Of a DNA stretch of 64,000 nt, positions 1-8,029 are shown in pieces. The DNA lies in assembly GCA_021791545.1 (NCBI GenBank), contig JAJYWL010000007.1, forward strand, positions 3,972-67,971, given 5' to 3'. The stretch's first letter is position 1, and every line of letters begins with the position of its first letter. A program made the position numbers and the translations under genes. This stretch comes from a bacterium. GTDB taxonomy: Bacteria; Patescibacteriota; Microgenomatia; Levybacterales; UBA12049. The notes under the pieces were generated by a model. The model was not told where the DNA came from. It was given only the letters and a program-made list of their open reading frames with translations, and ran no database searches.

Positions 1-900
1 AGGATGATCATTAGGTCCTCGTTCAATCTTTATTTCATGGGCTTGTTCTCCCTGTGCTGAAGCACCTAGGTTGAATACAAAAGCGACTTTTACATCGTGT
101 TGTGCATCTGTTTTAGGTAATTCTACAGAGAAGTCACCAAACTTGCTTGCTGTATAGACAATAGGCGTGTCGGTTCCGTCCCATGTAAGTTGCTTTCCTG
201 TATCAGGATCGACAGGAATAATTTGCTGGCCTGCTTCTAAACCTTTAAAGGTATATTGCATCTTCCAGTTGTTATCTACCTGTCCTGTGCCGTTTATTAG
301 GCCATCATTTTGATGTTTTCCTAATTGCATGACACCGAATTCAACTAAACCTCCATTGTCTGCAACGATAACTGTTTCTCCAACAGCACCGTGAGTTGTA
401 AGGTGAGCTGCTCCTGACTGTAATTCTTTGAAGGCAACCGGACACCAAGGTCCAATTCCTCTCCAATCGAATTTTGCATTTGCCTCAAATTCGTCATATG
501 CAGGTAAGAACCATTGTCCTTCCTGATATTTTGCGAATTTTCCTCCATCTATAAAGCTTCTTACCAAATCGCCTGAAACTTTTTGAGGTTCAGGGATTAC
601 AAGCAATTGAGCTCCTTGTGGTAATTGTTCTGCTCCTGTTGAAGGCATTGGGCTTTCAATAGGTGAAGCCGAAGGGAAGACAAGTGTTCCGGATCCTGAA
701 GGAAGCGGAATTTCTTGGCTTTGACTTGGCATAGCAGAAGTTATAGGTGAAACTTCGGGAGAGCCGGATGGCATAGGAGATCCTCCTGTGTCAGCGTTAG
801 TTACCATTTTAACAGGTCCAAATTCGGAACCTATCATTCCTGCAACTATTCCTGCTCCTGCAACCAAACCAGCGACTCCAATTTTTTCGTTTCTAGTCAT
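1..900 (-). CDS. Secreted/membrane-anchored hypothetical protein with Pro/Ser-rich linker (3'-partial, runs off window start)
   Basis: Manual translation from ATG at 900: MTRNEKIGVAGLVAGAGIVAGMIG..., then a SPMPS/SPEVSP-rich stretch; frame is open to position 1. SD-like GGGGGGTGA lies just upstream and the start overlaps the previous stop (TAATG). Absent from the ORF track because it has no stop in the window. Confidence 0.8.
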   Translation of the reverse strand, partial: MTRNEKIGVAGLVAGAGIVAGMIGSEFGPVKMVTNADTGGSPMPSGSPEVSPITSAMPSQSQEIPLPSGSGTLVFPSASPIESPMPSTGAEQLPQGAQLLVIPEPQKVSGDLVRSFIDGGKFAKYQEGQWFLPAYDEFEANAKFDWRGIGPWCPVAFKELQSGAAHLTTHGAVGETVIVADNGGLVEFGVMQLGKHQNDGLINGTGQVDNNWKMQYTFKGLEAGQQIIPVDPDTGKQLTWDGTDTPIVYTASKFGDFSVELPKTDAQHDVKVAFVFNLGASAQGEQAHEIKIERGPNDHP

Positions 901-1592
901 TATTTCTCACCCCCCTTTTTCATTAGGTTCATCTTGGTTTTCTTAATTAAGCTAAATCCTGCTCCTGCCAAAGGGAGAAGGGAAATGAGGGCAAGATCAT
1001 TAGGTCCCGTAGGAGGTGTTACCTTAAGCTGAGACGGTGGAGCAACCGTAGGTGATGGAGTTACAGTAACTGTGTTTTGAATACAGAACTGACTTGAAGA
1101 AGTGTTTGTCATTCCGTTATTGTCTGTTCCTGTTGCTTGGTTTATAAGACAGCTGACTCCAGATGAAAGGTTAGATGAGCCTGTAATTTTTAAAGTAAGG
1201 TTATATGTTTTACTCTGTCCTGCTCCTATATTAGTAGCAGTGAAAGTAAGCGTGTTATTTGAAGAGTTGAATGTAGAACCAGCTCCGGATACAAAGCTTA
1301 CAAATTGGGGAAGAGTATCGGTTACGGTCATAGAAGGGATATTTTGGCTTCCTGTATTTGTAACTACGATCTGGAAGTTTACGTTTTGTCCTGGTGAGAA
1401 TTTAGGATCGTTAATAGAGAAGCTATTAACATAGTTTCCACCGTTAGGTCCCTGTACGAATTTTTGGATAGTGAAGGTGTTTGTGCATGAAGTGCCTCCT
1501 CCGTAGACTGTTGTACAGTCTGCCAGGGCTTTTGGAGCACTAAACAGTGATACTAAAATTAAAGATAAACCTAATAGAATTAATTTCTTCAT
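900..1592 (-). CDS. Secreted DUF11-like (Ig-type) protein with LPxTG-like C-terminal sorting signal
   Basis: Signal peptide MKKLILLGLSLILVSLFSAPKALA (start moved to 1592). DUF11-like signature PGQNVNFQIVVTNTG...VTDTLP. C-terminus TPPTGP + hydrophobic helix + KKTK. Confidence 0.75.
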   Translation of the reverse strand: MKKLILLGLSLILVSLFSAPKALADCTTVYGGGTSCTNTFTIQKFVQGPNGGNYVNSFSINDPKFSPGQNVNFQIVVTNTGSQNIPSMTVTDTLPQFVSFVSGAGSTFNSSNNTLTFTATNIGAGQSKTYNLTLKITGSSNLSSGVSCLINQATGTDNNGMTNTSSSQFCIQNTVTVTPSPTVAPPSQLKVTPPTGPNDLALISLLPLAGAGFSLIKKTKMNLMKKGGEK

Positions 1593-1701
1593 AAAGTTCA
1601 AAGAATAAATCACTGGAGGCCAGAGTATACCACATATTATAGGCTTTGTCAATCAGATTATGGTCGGGCTATAGTACGTTTTAAGCTCTTCCGTTTCCCT
1701 C

Positions 1702-1730
1702 TTGACAAGCATAAATGGATATAGTTTAAT
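1702..1730 (+). promoter_or_regulatory. Sigma70-type promoter of rho
   Basis: TTGACA (1702-1707), 17-nt spacer, TTTAAT (1725-1730). Confidence 0.55.
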
Positions 1731-1832
1731 ATGAATTGCTTTTAATTAATCTTCAAAAGCATTCCCTAAAGTCACATGAACGGAATTTTCTATATTTAAG
1801 GTCGCCCAAAAAGCGTTTTTTGGCACAAAATT

Positions 1833-3134
1833 ATGGTAGACAAGAAAAAAACAGAACTACAGGAAGAAACAAAGCCTACATCAGTAGAGGATATAGTAGG
1901 ACAACCTCAGGAAGAGACTCCCGAACCAAAGGTAGAGGAGGCTAAAACTGAGGATGTTAAGGTTGAGGAACCAGCTCCTGTTCAGAAACCAAGATACGAA
2001 GATAGATATGAACAGCAACAGCAGATAACAACTCCCGTTAAGGGCATCTTAGATATCCAGCCTGAAGGACACGGATTTTTAAGGCCAAGGTTTATTCCTT
2101 CCCAAAGAGACATATATATCTCTCAATCACAGATAAGAAGATTTTTATTAAGACCAGGGGATATGGTAGAGGGTGTAGGTAGACCTCCTAAAGATACTGA
2201 AAGATATTTTGGTCTTTTGAAGGTAGAAAAAGTAAATGGATTGCCTGCAGAAGAATCCTTAAACAGACCATATTTTGATGAACTCACGCCAATTTATCCT
2301 AAAAAACAGATTAAATTAACCACGGGAAAGACTCCTTTATCTACAAGAATAATCGATCTCATTGCTCCTATTGGATTTGGACAAAGAGGAATGATTGTGT
2401 CTCCTCCTAAAGCAGGAAAGACGACAATATTAAAAGAATTAGCAGCAGGAATCACCGCTAATTTCCCTGACGTACACTTAATGGCAGCCTTAATCGGTGA
2501 AAGACCCGAGGAAGTAACAGACATCTCAAGTTCGGTAAGAGGAGACGTAATAGCATCAAACTTTGATGAACCGCCGGAGAATCAGACAAGAGTTGCTGAT
2601 ATTGCTTTGGAAAGAGCCAAAAGACTCGTAGAGCAGGGAATAGACGTAATCATACTTTTAGATTCAATTACAAGGCTTGCAAGAGCATACAATCTTTCTG
2701 TTGCACCTTCGGGAAGAACTTTATCCGGAGGATTTGATCCTGCAGCTTTATGGCCTGCAAAGAGATTCTTTGGAGCAGCCAGAAACTGTCAGGAAGGTGG
2801 AAGCTTAACAATTATAGGAACAGCTTTGGTAGATACGGGTTCAAGAATGGACGATCTTATATATGAAGAGTTCAAGGGAACGGGAAACATGGAGCTTCAT
2901 CTTGACAGAAAACTTGCAGAAAAAAGAGTATATCCGTCAATTGATATAGAGAAATCCGGAACCAGACAGGAAGAGCTTATCTTCAAGCCAGAAGATCTTA
3001 GTAAGATAGTAACAATGAGAAGAATGTTATACATGCTTGGAGAAGACGAGAGAACAGCTTTATTTATAGAACAACTTTCAAAAACTGACACAAATGAGGA
3101 GTTTCTGGAAAAACTCGGAAAAGGCAAAGTTTAG
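1833..3134 (+). CDS. rho: Transcription termination factor Rho
   Basis: GHGFLR and [15 protein letters not shown]-binding motifs, Walker [42 protein letters not shown]. Confidence 0.98.
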   Translation: MVDKKKTELQEETKPTSVEDIVGQPQEETPEPKVEEAKTEDVKVEEPAPVQKPRYEDRYEQQQQITTPVKGILDIQPEGHGFLRPRFIPSQRDIYISQSQIRRFLLRPGDMVEGVGRPPKDTERYFGLLKVEKVNGLPAEESLNRPYFDELTPIYPKKQIKLTTGKTPLSTRIIDLIAPIGFGQRGMIVSPPKAGKTTILKELAAGITANFPDVHLMAALIGERPEEVTDISSSVRGDVIASNFDEPPENQTRVADIALERAKRLVEQGIDVIILLDSITRLARAYNLSVAPSGRTLSGGFDPAALWPAKRFFGAARNCQEGGSLTIIGTALVDTGSRMDDLIYEEFKGTGNMELHLDRKLAEKRVYPSIDIEKSGTRQEELIFKPEDLSKIVTMRRMLYMLGEDERTALFIEQLSKTDTNEEFLEKLGKGKV

Positions 3135-3184
3135 CCTCAAAACGTTGACTTCTTAGCAATTTTCTGCTATCATTTTTTCCCGTA

Positions 3185-4309
3185 ATGCATAAGCGTTTCA
3201 GCCTATCATTTCTGTCCGTCCTTAGGTTCCTGCACGACTTCTCGGATTTTTCCAAGGTTTTCTACTCATACTTAAAAAACAAACTTATTAAGATCTCAAT
3301 TATTTTTGAGAATTACAAAAATTCACTTGTAAAGCTGTTTACGATAAAAAGAGGACGATACACACGTCCTTTTTTACATTTAGCCACAATGGGAGTCTTG
3401 GGTGTAGGAGTAATTTCTGCTCCTTTTCTGGCCAGCACTTATCCCGTATTTTCCTCTAACGCTTCTACTTCATCGGCAGTAACAAATCTTTCAGGACAAC
3501 AGTCGATTACGGTAGGAGAAAATGTATTCCAGACCGATGTTTCTCAAAAACCTAGAGACAAAACAATAACCTATACGGTTCAAAGAGGAGACACAATCTC
3601 AACAATTGCCCAAAAGTTTGGAATTTCGACAGATACTATTAAATGGGAGAATGATTTAACAGACGATAGCCTTAGTGTAGGAGATACGTTAAGAATACTT
3701 CCAGTTTCGGGAATCTCATATAAGGTTCAAAGCGGTGATACAGTCTATACTATTGCTAAGAAGTTTGATACAGAAGCACAGAAGATTGTAGATTTTCCGT
3801 TTAACGATTTTGCAAATCCTGAAACCTTTTCCTTGGTAACAGGACAGATGCTTCTCGTACCTGATGGAATTAAGCCTTCCGAGCAGCCTTATGTCAAACA
3901 TGAAGTCTATGTAGCTCAAGGTCCTACTACTTCATTCGGCTCCGGAGGATTTACATGGCCGGTTCATGGAATAGTTACACAGTTTGCTTCCTGGTATCAT
4001 ATGGCTTTGGATTTGGCGGCTCCTATAGGTACTCCTATCGTTGCCGCAAGAAGCGGTAGAGTAGTCCAGGTAAATACGGGAGGATGGGATTATGGATACG
4101 GAAACGATGTAATAATAGACCATGGTGATGGAACTACGTCTCTTTATGCCCATATGGAAGCTGTAAATGTAAGTGCAGGGCAGACAGTAACAGGTGGAAG
4201 TAGTGTAATAGGATGGATAGGTATGACCGGAAGAACAACAGGACCTCATGTTCATTTTGAAATTAGAAAGAACGGAGTAACCGTTAATCCTATGTTATAT
4301 CTCCAGTAA
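3185..4309 (+). CDS. Membrane-anchored LysM + M23 peptidoglycan endopeptidase
   Basis: N-terminal TM helix, two LysM repeats (YTVQRGDTISTIA; YKVQSGDTVYTIA), M23 motifs HMALD and GRTTGPHVHFE. Confidence 0.93.
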   Translation: MHKRFSLSFLSVLRFLHDFSDFSKVFYSYLKNKLIKISIIFENYKNSLVKLFTIKRGRYTRPFLHLATMGVLGVGVISAPFLASTYPVFSSNASTSSAVTNLSGQQSITVGENVFQTDVSQKPRDKTITYTVQRGDTISTIAQKFGISTDTIKWENDLTDDSLSVGDTLRILPVSGISYKVQSGDTVYTIAKKFDTEAQKIVDFPFNDFANPETFSLVTGQMLLVPDGIKPSEQPYVKHEVYVAQGPTTSFGSGGFTWPVHGIVTQFASWYHMALDLAAPIGTPIVAARSGRVVQVNTGGWDYGYGNDVIIDHGDGTTSLYAHMEAVNVSAGQTVTGGSSVIGWIGMTGRTTGPHVHFEIRKNGVTVNPMLYLQ

Positions 4310-4312
4310 TAG

Positions 4313-4383
4313 TGGACTTACCGAGAATCGAACTCGGAACTGTACAATGCGAATGTACCGGTATACCATTTACCTATAAGCCC
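4313..4383 (-). tRNA. tRNA-Ala(CGC)
   Basis: Reverse complement GGGCTTA...TAAGTCC-A acceptor stem with G3:U70, anticodon arm GTACA-TTCGCAT-TGTAC, T-loop TTCGATT; no encoded CCA. Confidence 0.92.
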
Positions 4384-4456
4384 CAGAGTATAATAACAGT
4401 AAATTAAAGATAAAATCAAGCTTGCACATGGAATATCACTGGAGTACAATTTATAT

Positions 4457-5161
4457 ATGTTTTATGAGAAGAATTTAAAAGAGGAGGCGATAAAACTTAG
4501 ATTAAAAGGATTTACTTATACTGAAATTAATAAAGAGTTGGGAATTATTATACCTAAGGGAACATTAAATGCTTGGTTAAAGAAGGTTTCTCTCCCGGAT
4601 AACTATAAAGAAAGAATAAAAAAGATTAATAATTTAAATTTAGATAAGGCAAGGACAAAAGCTTTAAAAGTGAATAAATTAAAAAGGGAAGAGTATTTAA
4701 GGTCTTTAGATAAGCTGAATATTGAAATAAGTGAAAGGATTAAAAATCCAGCTATTGGAAAAATAGCTTTAGCAATGCTGTGTTTGGGAGAAGCAAGTAA
4801 ATACAAAAGCGGGAGATCATTTAACCTTGGTAGCTCAGACCCTAAAATAATCAAAATATTTTTGGAGTTGTTAAGGACATGTTTTAGCTTTAAAACTTCA
4901 AAAATAAGGTGTACCGTCCAATGTAGAGCTGATCAAGATCTAAATCAATTGGAAAAGTTCTGGATGGAGATTACAGATATCCCTAGGGAACAGTTCTATA
5001 AACCTCAAATAGACAAAAGAACCATAGGAAAGCCAACACTAAAGGAGGATTATAAAGGAGTATTAAGAGTTGATTATTTAGACAGAAATGTTCAATTAGA
5101 GCTAGAATCGTTGGCAAATTTGATATATAATCAATTGAATTCCAAAGGGCCCGAAGTTTAA
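4457..5161 (+). CDS. HTH + LAGLIDADG-like putative DNA-binding/endonuclease-fold protein between tRNA genes
   Basis: N-terminal HTH (AIKLRLKGFTYTEINKELG...PKGTLNAWLK), then AMLCLGEASK...LGSSDPKIIKIF...FWMEITDIP...YKGVLRV. Clearly paralogous to 44312..44932. The stop codon lies inside the downstream tRNA. Confidence 0.7.
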   Translation: MFYEKNLKEEAIKLRLKGFTYTEINKELGIIIPKGTLNAWLKKVSLPDNYKERIKKINNLNLDKARTKALKVNKLKREEYLRSLDKLNIEISERIKNPAIGKIALAMLCLGEASKYKSGRSFNLGSSDPKIIKIFLELLRTCFSFKTSKIRCTVQCRADQDLNQLEKFWMEITDIPREQFYKPQIDKRTIGKPTLKEDYKGVLRVDYLDRNVQLELESLANLIYNQLNSKGPEV

Positions 5162-5219
5162 ATGGTTGAACATTTGGCTGGCAGCCAGAGGGTAGCGGGT
5201 TCGATCCCCGTCGGGTCCA
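5147..5219 (+). tRNA. tRNA-Ala(GGC)
   Basis: GGGCCCG...CGGGTCC-A acceptor stem with G3:U70, anticodon arm TTTGG-CTGGCAG-CCAGA, T-arm GCGGG-TTCGATC-CCCGT. Confidence 0.92.
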
Positions 5220-5234
5220 CAATTTCCACCAAAC

Positions 5235-5396
5235 TTGCTATTTATCCTCAAAACCTATATACTCCAAATAGATGAACAGGGAACCAATCACTTCTCTCTG
5301 AATGAGCGAGGAAAGTTGACCCCAAGAATATGATCAGAGAGGAGGTGACATTTAAGATAGTTAAATAGCAGCTAAAACTGCTTAACTAACCTCAAT
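5235..5396 (+). promoter_or_regulatory. Promoter plus structured ~125-nt 5' leader of the zinc-ribbon gene
   Basis: TTGCTA-17-TATACT (5235-5263). 5288-5301 pairs with 5334-5348, which contains GGAGGTGA. Second hairpin at 5358-5388. Confidence 0.5.
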
Positions 5397-5693
5397 ATGG
5401 ATTTTCAAGACAAAACATTAGTATGTAGAGATTGCGGTAAAGAATTTACATGGACCGCATCCGAACAAGATTTTTATCAGAAAAAGGGTTTTACAAACGA
5501 ACCAGTTAGATGCCCAGATTGCAGAGCTTTGAAAAAAGCTAGAATGAACGAGGGCAGAGGAGGAGGACCAAGACAGTCTTTTGAAATAACTTGCGCACAA
5601 TGCGGAAGAAAAGACACTGTTCCTTTCCAGCCTAAAGGTGATAGGCCGGTTCTTTGCAGAGATTGTTTCAGAAGCAAGAGACCTACAGCATAA
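5397..5693 (+). CDS. Double zinc-ribbon protein (zf-trcl + CxxC-x17-CxxC)
   Basis: DKTLVCRDCGKEFTWTASEQDFY...EPVRCPDCR and CAQCG...VPFQPKGDRPVLCRDCF. Confidence 0.9.
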   Translation: MDFQDKTLVCRDCGKEFTWTASEQDFYQKKGFTNEPVRCPDCRALKKARMNEGRGGGPRQSFEITCAQCGRKDTVPFQPKGDRPVLCRDCFRSKRPTA

Positions 5694-5756
5694 GATAACT
5701 CCAGAAATTAGAATCTCGTAAGTTGATTTTATTATTTTTTGTGGTTTTACTTATCC

Positions 5757-5791
5757 AAAAGATTCCCAATGTCCAAAATTGGGATTTTTTT
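5757..5791. terminator. Probable (bidirectional) intrinsic terminator
   Basis: TCCCAAT/ATTGGGA stem (5764-5784) with a short A-run before and a T-run after, between convergent genes. Confidence 0.6.
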
Positions 5792-5833
5792 GTGGCATAA
5801 ATAAGGTAAGTAAGCTAAATATTTATTTTCAGA

Positions 5834-7954
5834 TTAAGGAGTAGGGGAAGGAGTGATAGTTAATCCGCCTTCGGTTGTTGCCGGTGTAGGAGTAGCGCTT
5901 ACTTTAGGTGTAGGGCTAACGGAAGGAGCAGGAATCTTTACCTGAGGATTCTGAGCCGGAAGTTTTGCAGAAGGTTCGTTTACTTTAAGTGTTTTTGAAC
6001 TAGCGGCTTCATTTTGTGCTGTTCCTTGATCTATCTGTTTTTGCAAGTCTGCTATTTCAGCATTTATCTTATCCAAGCTTGCTTTATCTTTCTGTACCAG
6101 CTGTTTTACCGTAAGAAGTTGTGTTTGGGCTCCTTTAAGATCTCCTTTTTGAATCAATGTATGGGCAAGATTATAGTATGCGTTAGCAAAGTCAGGTTTA
6201 AGGTTTGCTGCTGTTTGGAACTGTTCCTGGGCTTTATCCCATTGTCCGAGTTGATAGTATATTCCTCCCAAGTTTATATACTCCTGAGGATTATTAGGAT
6301 CAAGCATTGTTGCTTGCTGTGCTGTTGAGATGGCGAATGCATCTGCATTCTGACCGAATCCGATCAAACTTCTGTATATTGATGAAAGGTTCTGCCAGTT
6401 TGTTGCATCTTGTGGAGCAAGGGTAGTTGCCTGTCTTCCTGCGTTTATAGACTGCTGGATCAAGGTATAGATTGTCTGCTGTGTTTGTGCGCTTGGAGTC
6501 GCTCCTTTTGGTACAGAATTTGCCAATGAGTTGGCGAGTGCAAGGTTTGTTTGAGAGAACAATCTATAATATGAGTCATTGTTGTTAAACATACCGATTG
6601 CTTGATTCTGTAGTGTGTATGTTTGAGATCCGTTGTTTGCGGCAGCCGCAACTAATGATTTTTCAAATATTATGTTTGAATTGAGATAGTTAAAGCTTAC
6701 ATATCCTACTCCTAATGTAAATAGAAGTATTAACCCGAAAACTACATATGAAAGAATAGGGCTTATTCCTCTTTCTCTTCCGTCTACTGCCGATATTGCA
6801 AAGATACCTTTTTTGAATTGCACAAGCTGGAGTTCAACATCAAAGTATTTTCTTTCGTGTTTCAATCCCATGATTGCTGCATAGAGACCAAGAAGAATGA
6901 AGATAAGGGATGTTAATACGAAAGAGAAGGGCAATATGAATGCTGCAGCGAGTAAAAGAACCAATGGGATAAATAATGGTCTTTCTTTGACTGCTTTATA
7001 GCAAAGAAGTAGGAATGAGAGAAGGCCTAATAATCCGGTTGTTGCCAAGAGTTCCAATACTAAGCTTGAGCTCCTATAGAATGTAAGGGTCCATAGGGAT
7101 TGGTTAAGATTAAATGCTGCAGGTTTGAATCTCGTAAAGTCGTAAACATACGTTCCGTATCCAGAACCGAAGAGGAAGCCCTGAAGAATTCTTCCTGCAT
7201 CTTGAGATATGGCTGCAAATGCTGTCTGGAATCCTACAGATATTGGAAGAAGAACAGGGTTTTGAACAAAAACCATCTGATAAACTGATACTAAAAGCCC
7301 TATTAATATAGCGATTGATCCTATTCCTAGTCCTAATACCTGTACTCCGTCCGATTTTAGTTTCTCTCTATTTGAAACGTATGGAGAGAGAAGATATGCT
7401 CCTACTCCTAAGGCCATTAACAAATAGACGGCGAGGTCTAGGGTAGTGCCCATTGTAGTAAAACCTTGAACCTTTGCGAAATCAAACGGGAAAACATAAA
7501 CCTTAAAGAAGGAAAGAAGAGAAATAAGACCAGAAAGAGCAGCTCCTCCCAAGAAGCTATATAAAATTGCAAGAACCGATTTATGATCCTTTGCGTTATT
7601 TACAATAGCAAAGTAGGAAAGTGCTGCAAAAAGGAAAGGAACAAAGTTAATAAAAGAATTGACTCTGTTTAAAGAAAATACGCTTGAAAGAAGTACGGAT
7701 ACTATTAATAAGACAATAGGAAGATCAAAGACTGTTTTTCTCAATACCAATTTCTGCTGAAGAAGTACTTTTACCCCGAAAAGTAAAACCAGGACTAAAA
7801 TTGTGAAGGTTAGTATTGCTTGTTTAGGAAGTGTGAAAAAGTCTGTTGTGATTGAAGAGAAGGCGAGAGGAAATATGATCAATAATAATCCAACTAAAGC
7901 TGTTGAACTCTTGTCTAAATATTGGACTATATTGTTTTTAGTCTGCTCATCCAT
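5834..7954 (-). CDS. Polytopic membrane protein (O-antigen-ligase/Wzy_C-like) with C-terminal TPR repeats
   Basis: About 12 hydrophobic segments, FLFGSGYGTY and LELLATTGLLG motifs, TPR repeats (YINLGGIYYQLGQWDKA; KPDFANAYYNLA), Pro/Thr-rich tail. Confidence 0.75.
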   Translation of the reverse strand: MDEQTKNNIVQYLDKSSTALVGLLLIIFPLAFSSITTDFFTLPKQAILTFTILVLVLLFGVKVLLQQKLVLRKTVFDLPIVLLIVSVLLSSVFSLNRVNSFINFVPFLFAALSYFAIVNNAKDHKSVLAILYSFLGGAALSGLISLLSFFKVYVFPFDFAKVQGFTTMGTTLDLAVYLLMALGVGAYLLSPYVSNREKLKSDGVQVLGLGIGSIAILIGLLVSVYQMVFVQNPVLLPISVGFQTAFAAISQDAGRILQGFLFGSGYGTYVYDFTRFKPAAFNLNQSLWTLTFYRSSSLVLELLATTGLLGLLSFLLLCYKAVKERPLFIPLVLLLAAAFILPFSFVLTSLIFILLGLYAAIMGLKHERKYFDVELQLVQFKKGIFAISAVDGRERGISPILSYVVFGLILLFTLGVGYVSFNYLNSNIIFEKSLVAAAANNGSQTYTLQNQAIGMFNNNDSYYRLFSQTNLALANSLANSVPKGATPSAQTQQTIYTLIQQSINAGRQATTLAPQDATNWQNLSSIYRSLIGFGQNADAFAISTAQQATMLDPNNPQEYINLGGIYYQLGQWDKAQEQFQTAANLKPDFANAYYNLAHTLIQKGDLKGAQTQLLTVKQLVQKDKASLDKINAEIADLQKQIDQGTAQNEAASSKTLKVNEPSAKLPAQNPQVKIPAPSVSPTPKVSATPTPATTEGGLTITPSPTP

Positions 7955-7992
7955 GTTAATAAAACTAATTTAACTGTTCAAAAATATAATGT

Positions 7993-8016
7993 CAAGGAGT
8001 AAATAGTAACTCCTTG
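7993..8016. terminator. Hairpin just downstream of the giant gene stop, overlapping the -35 of the TPR gene
   Basis: CAAGGAGT-aaatagta-ACTCCTTG; TTGACA on the minus strand at 7990-7995. Confidence 0.35.
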
Positions 8017-8029
8017 TTCTTACTTATAT

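Noticed and set aside
4313-5219. Group I intron or split tRNA carrying a homing endonuclease
   Set aside because: Both flanking tRNAs are complete and on opposite strands, and no intron core is recognisable; the same applies at 44157-45028.
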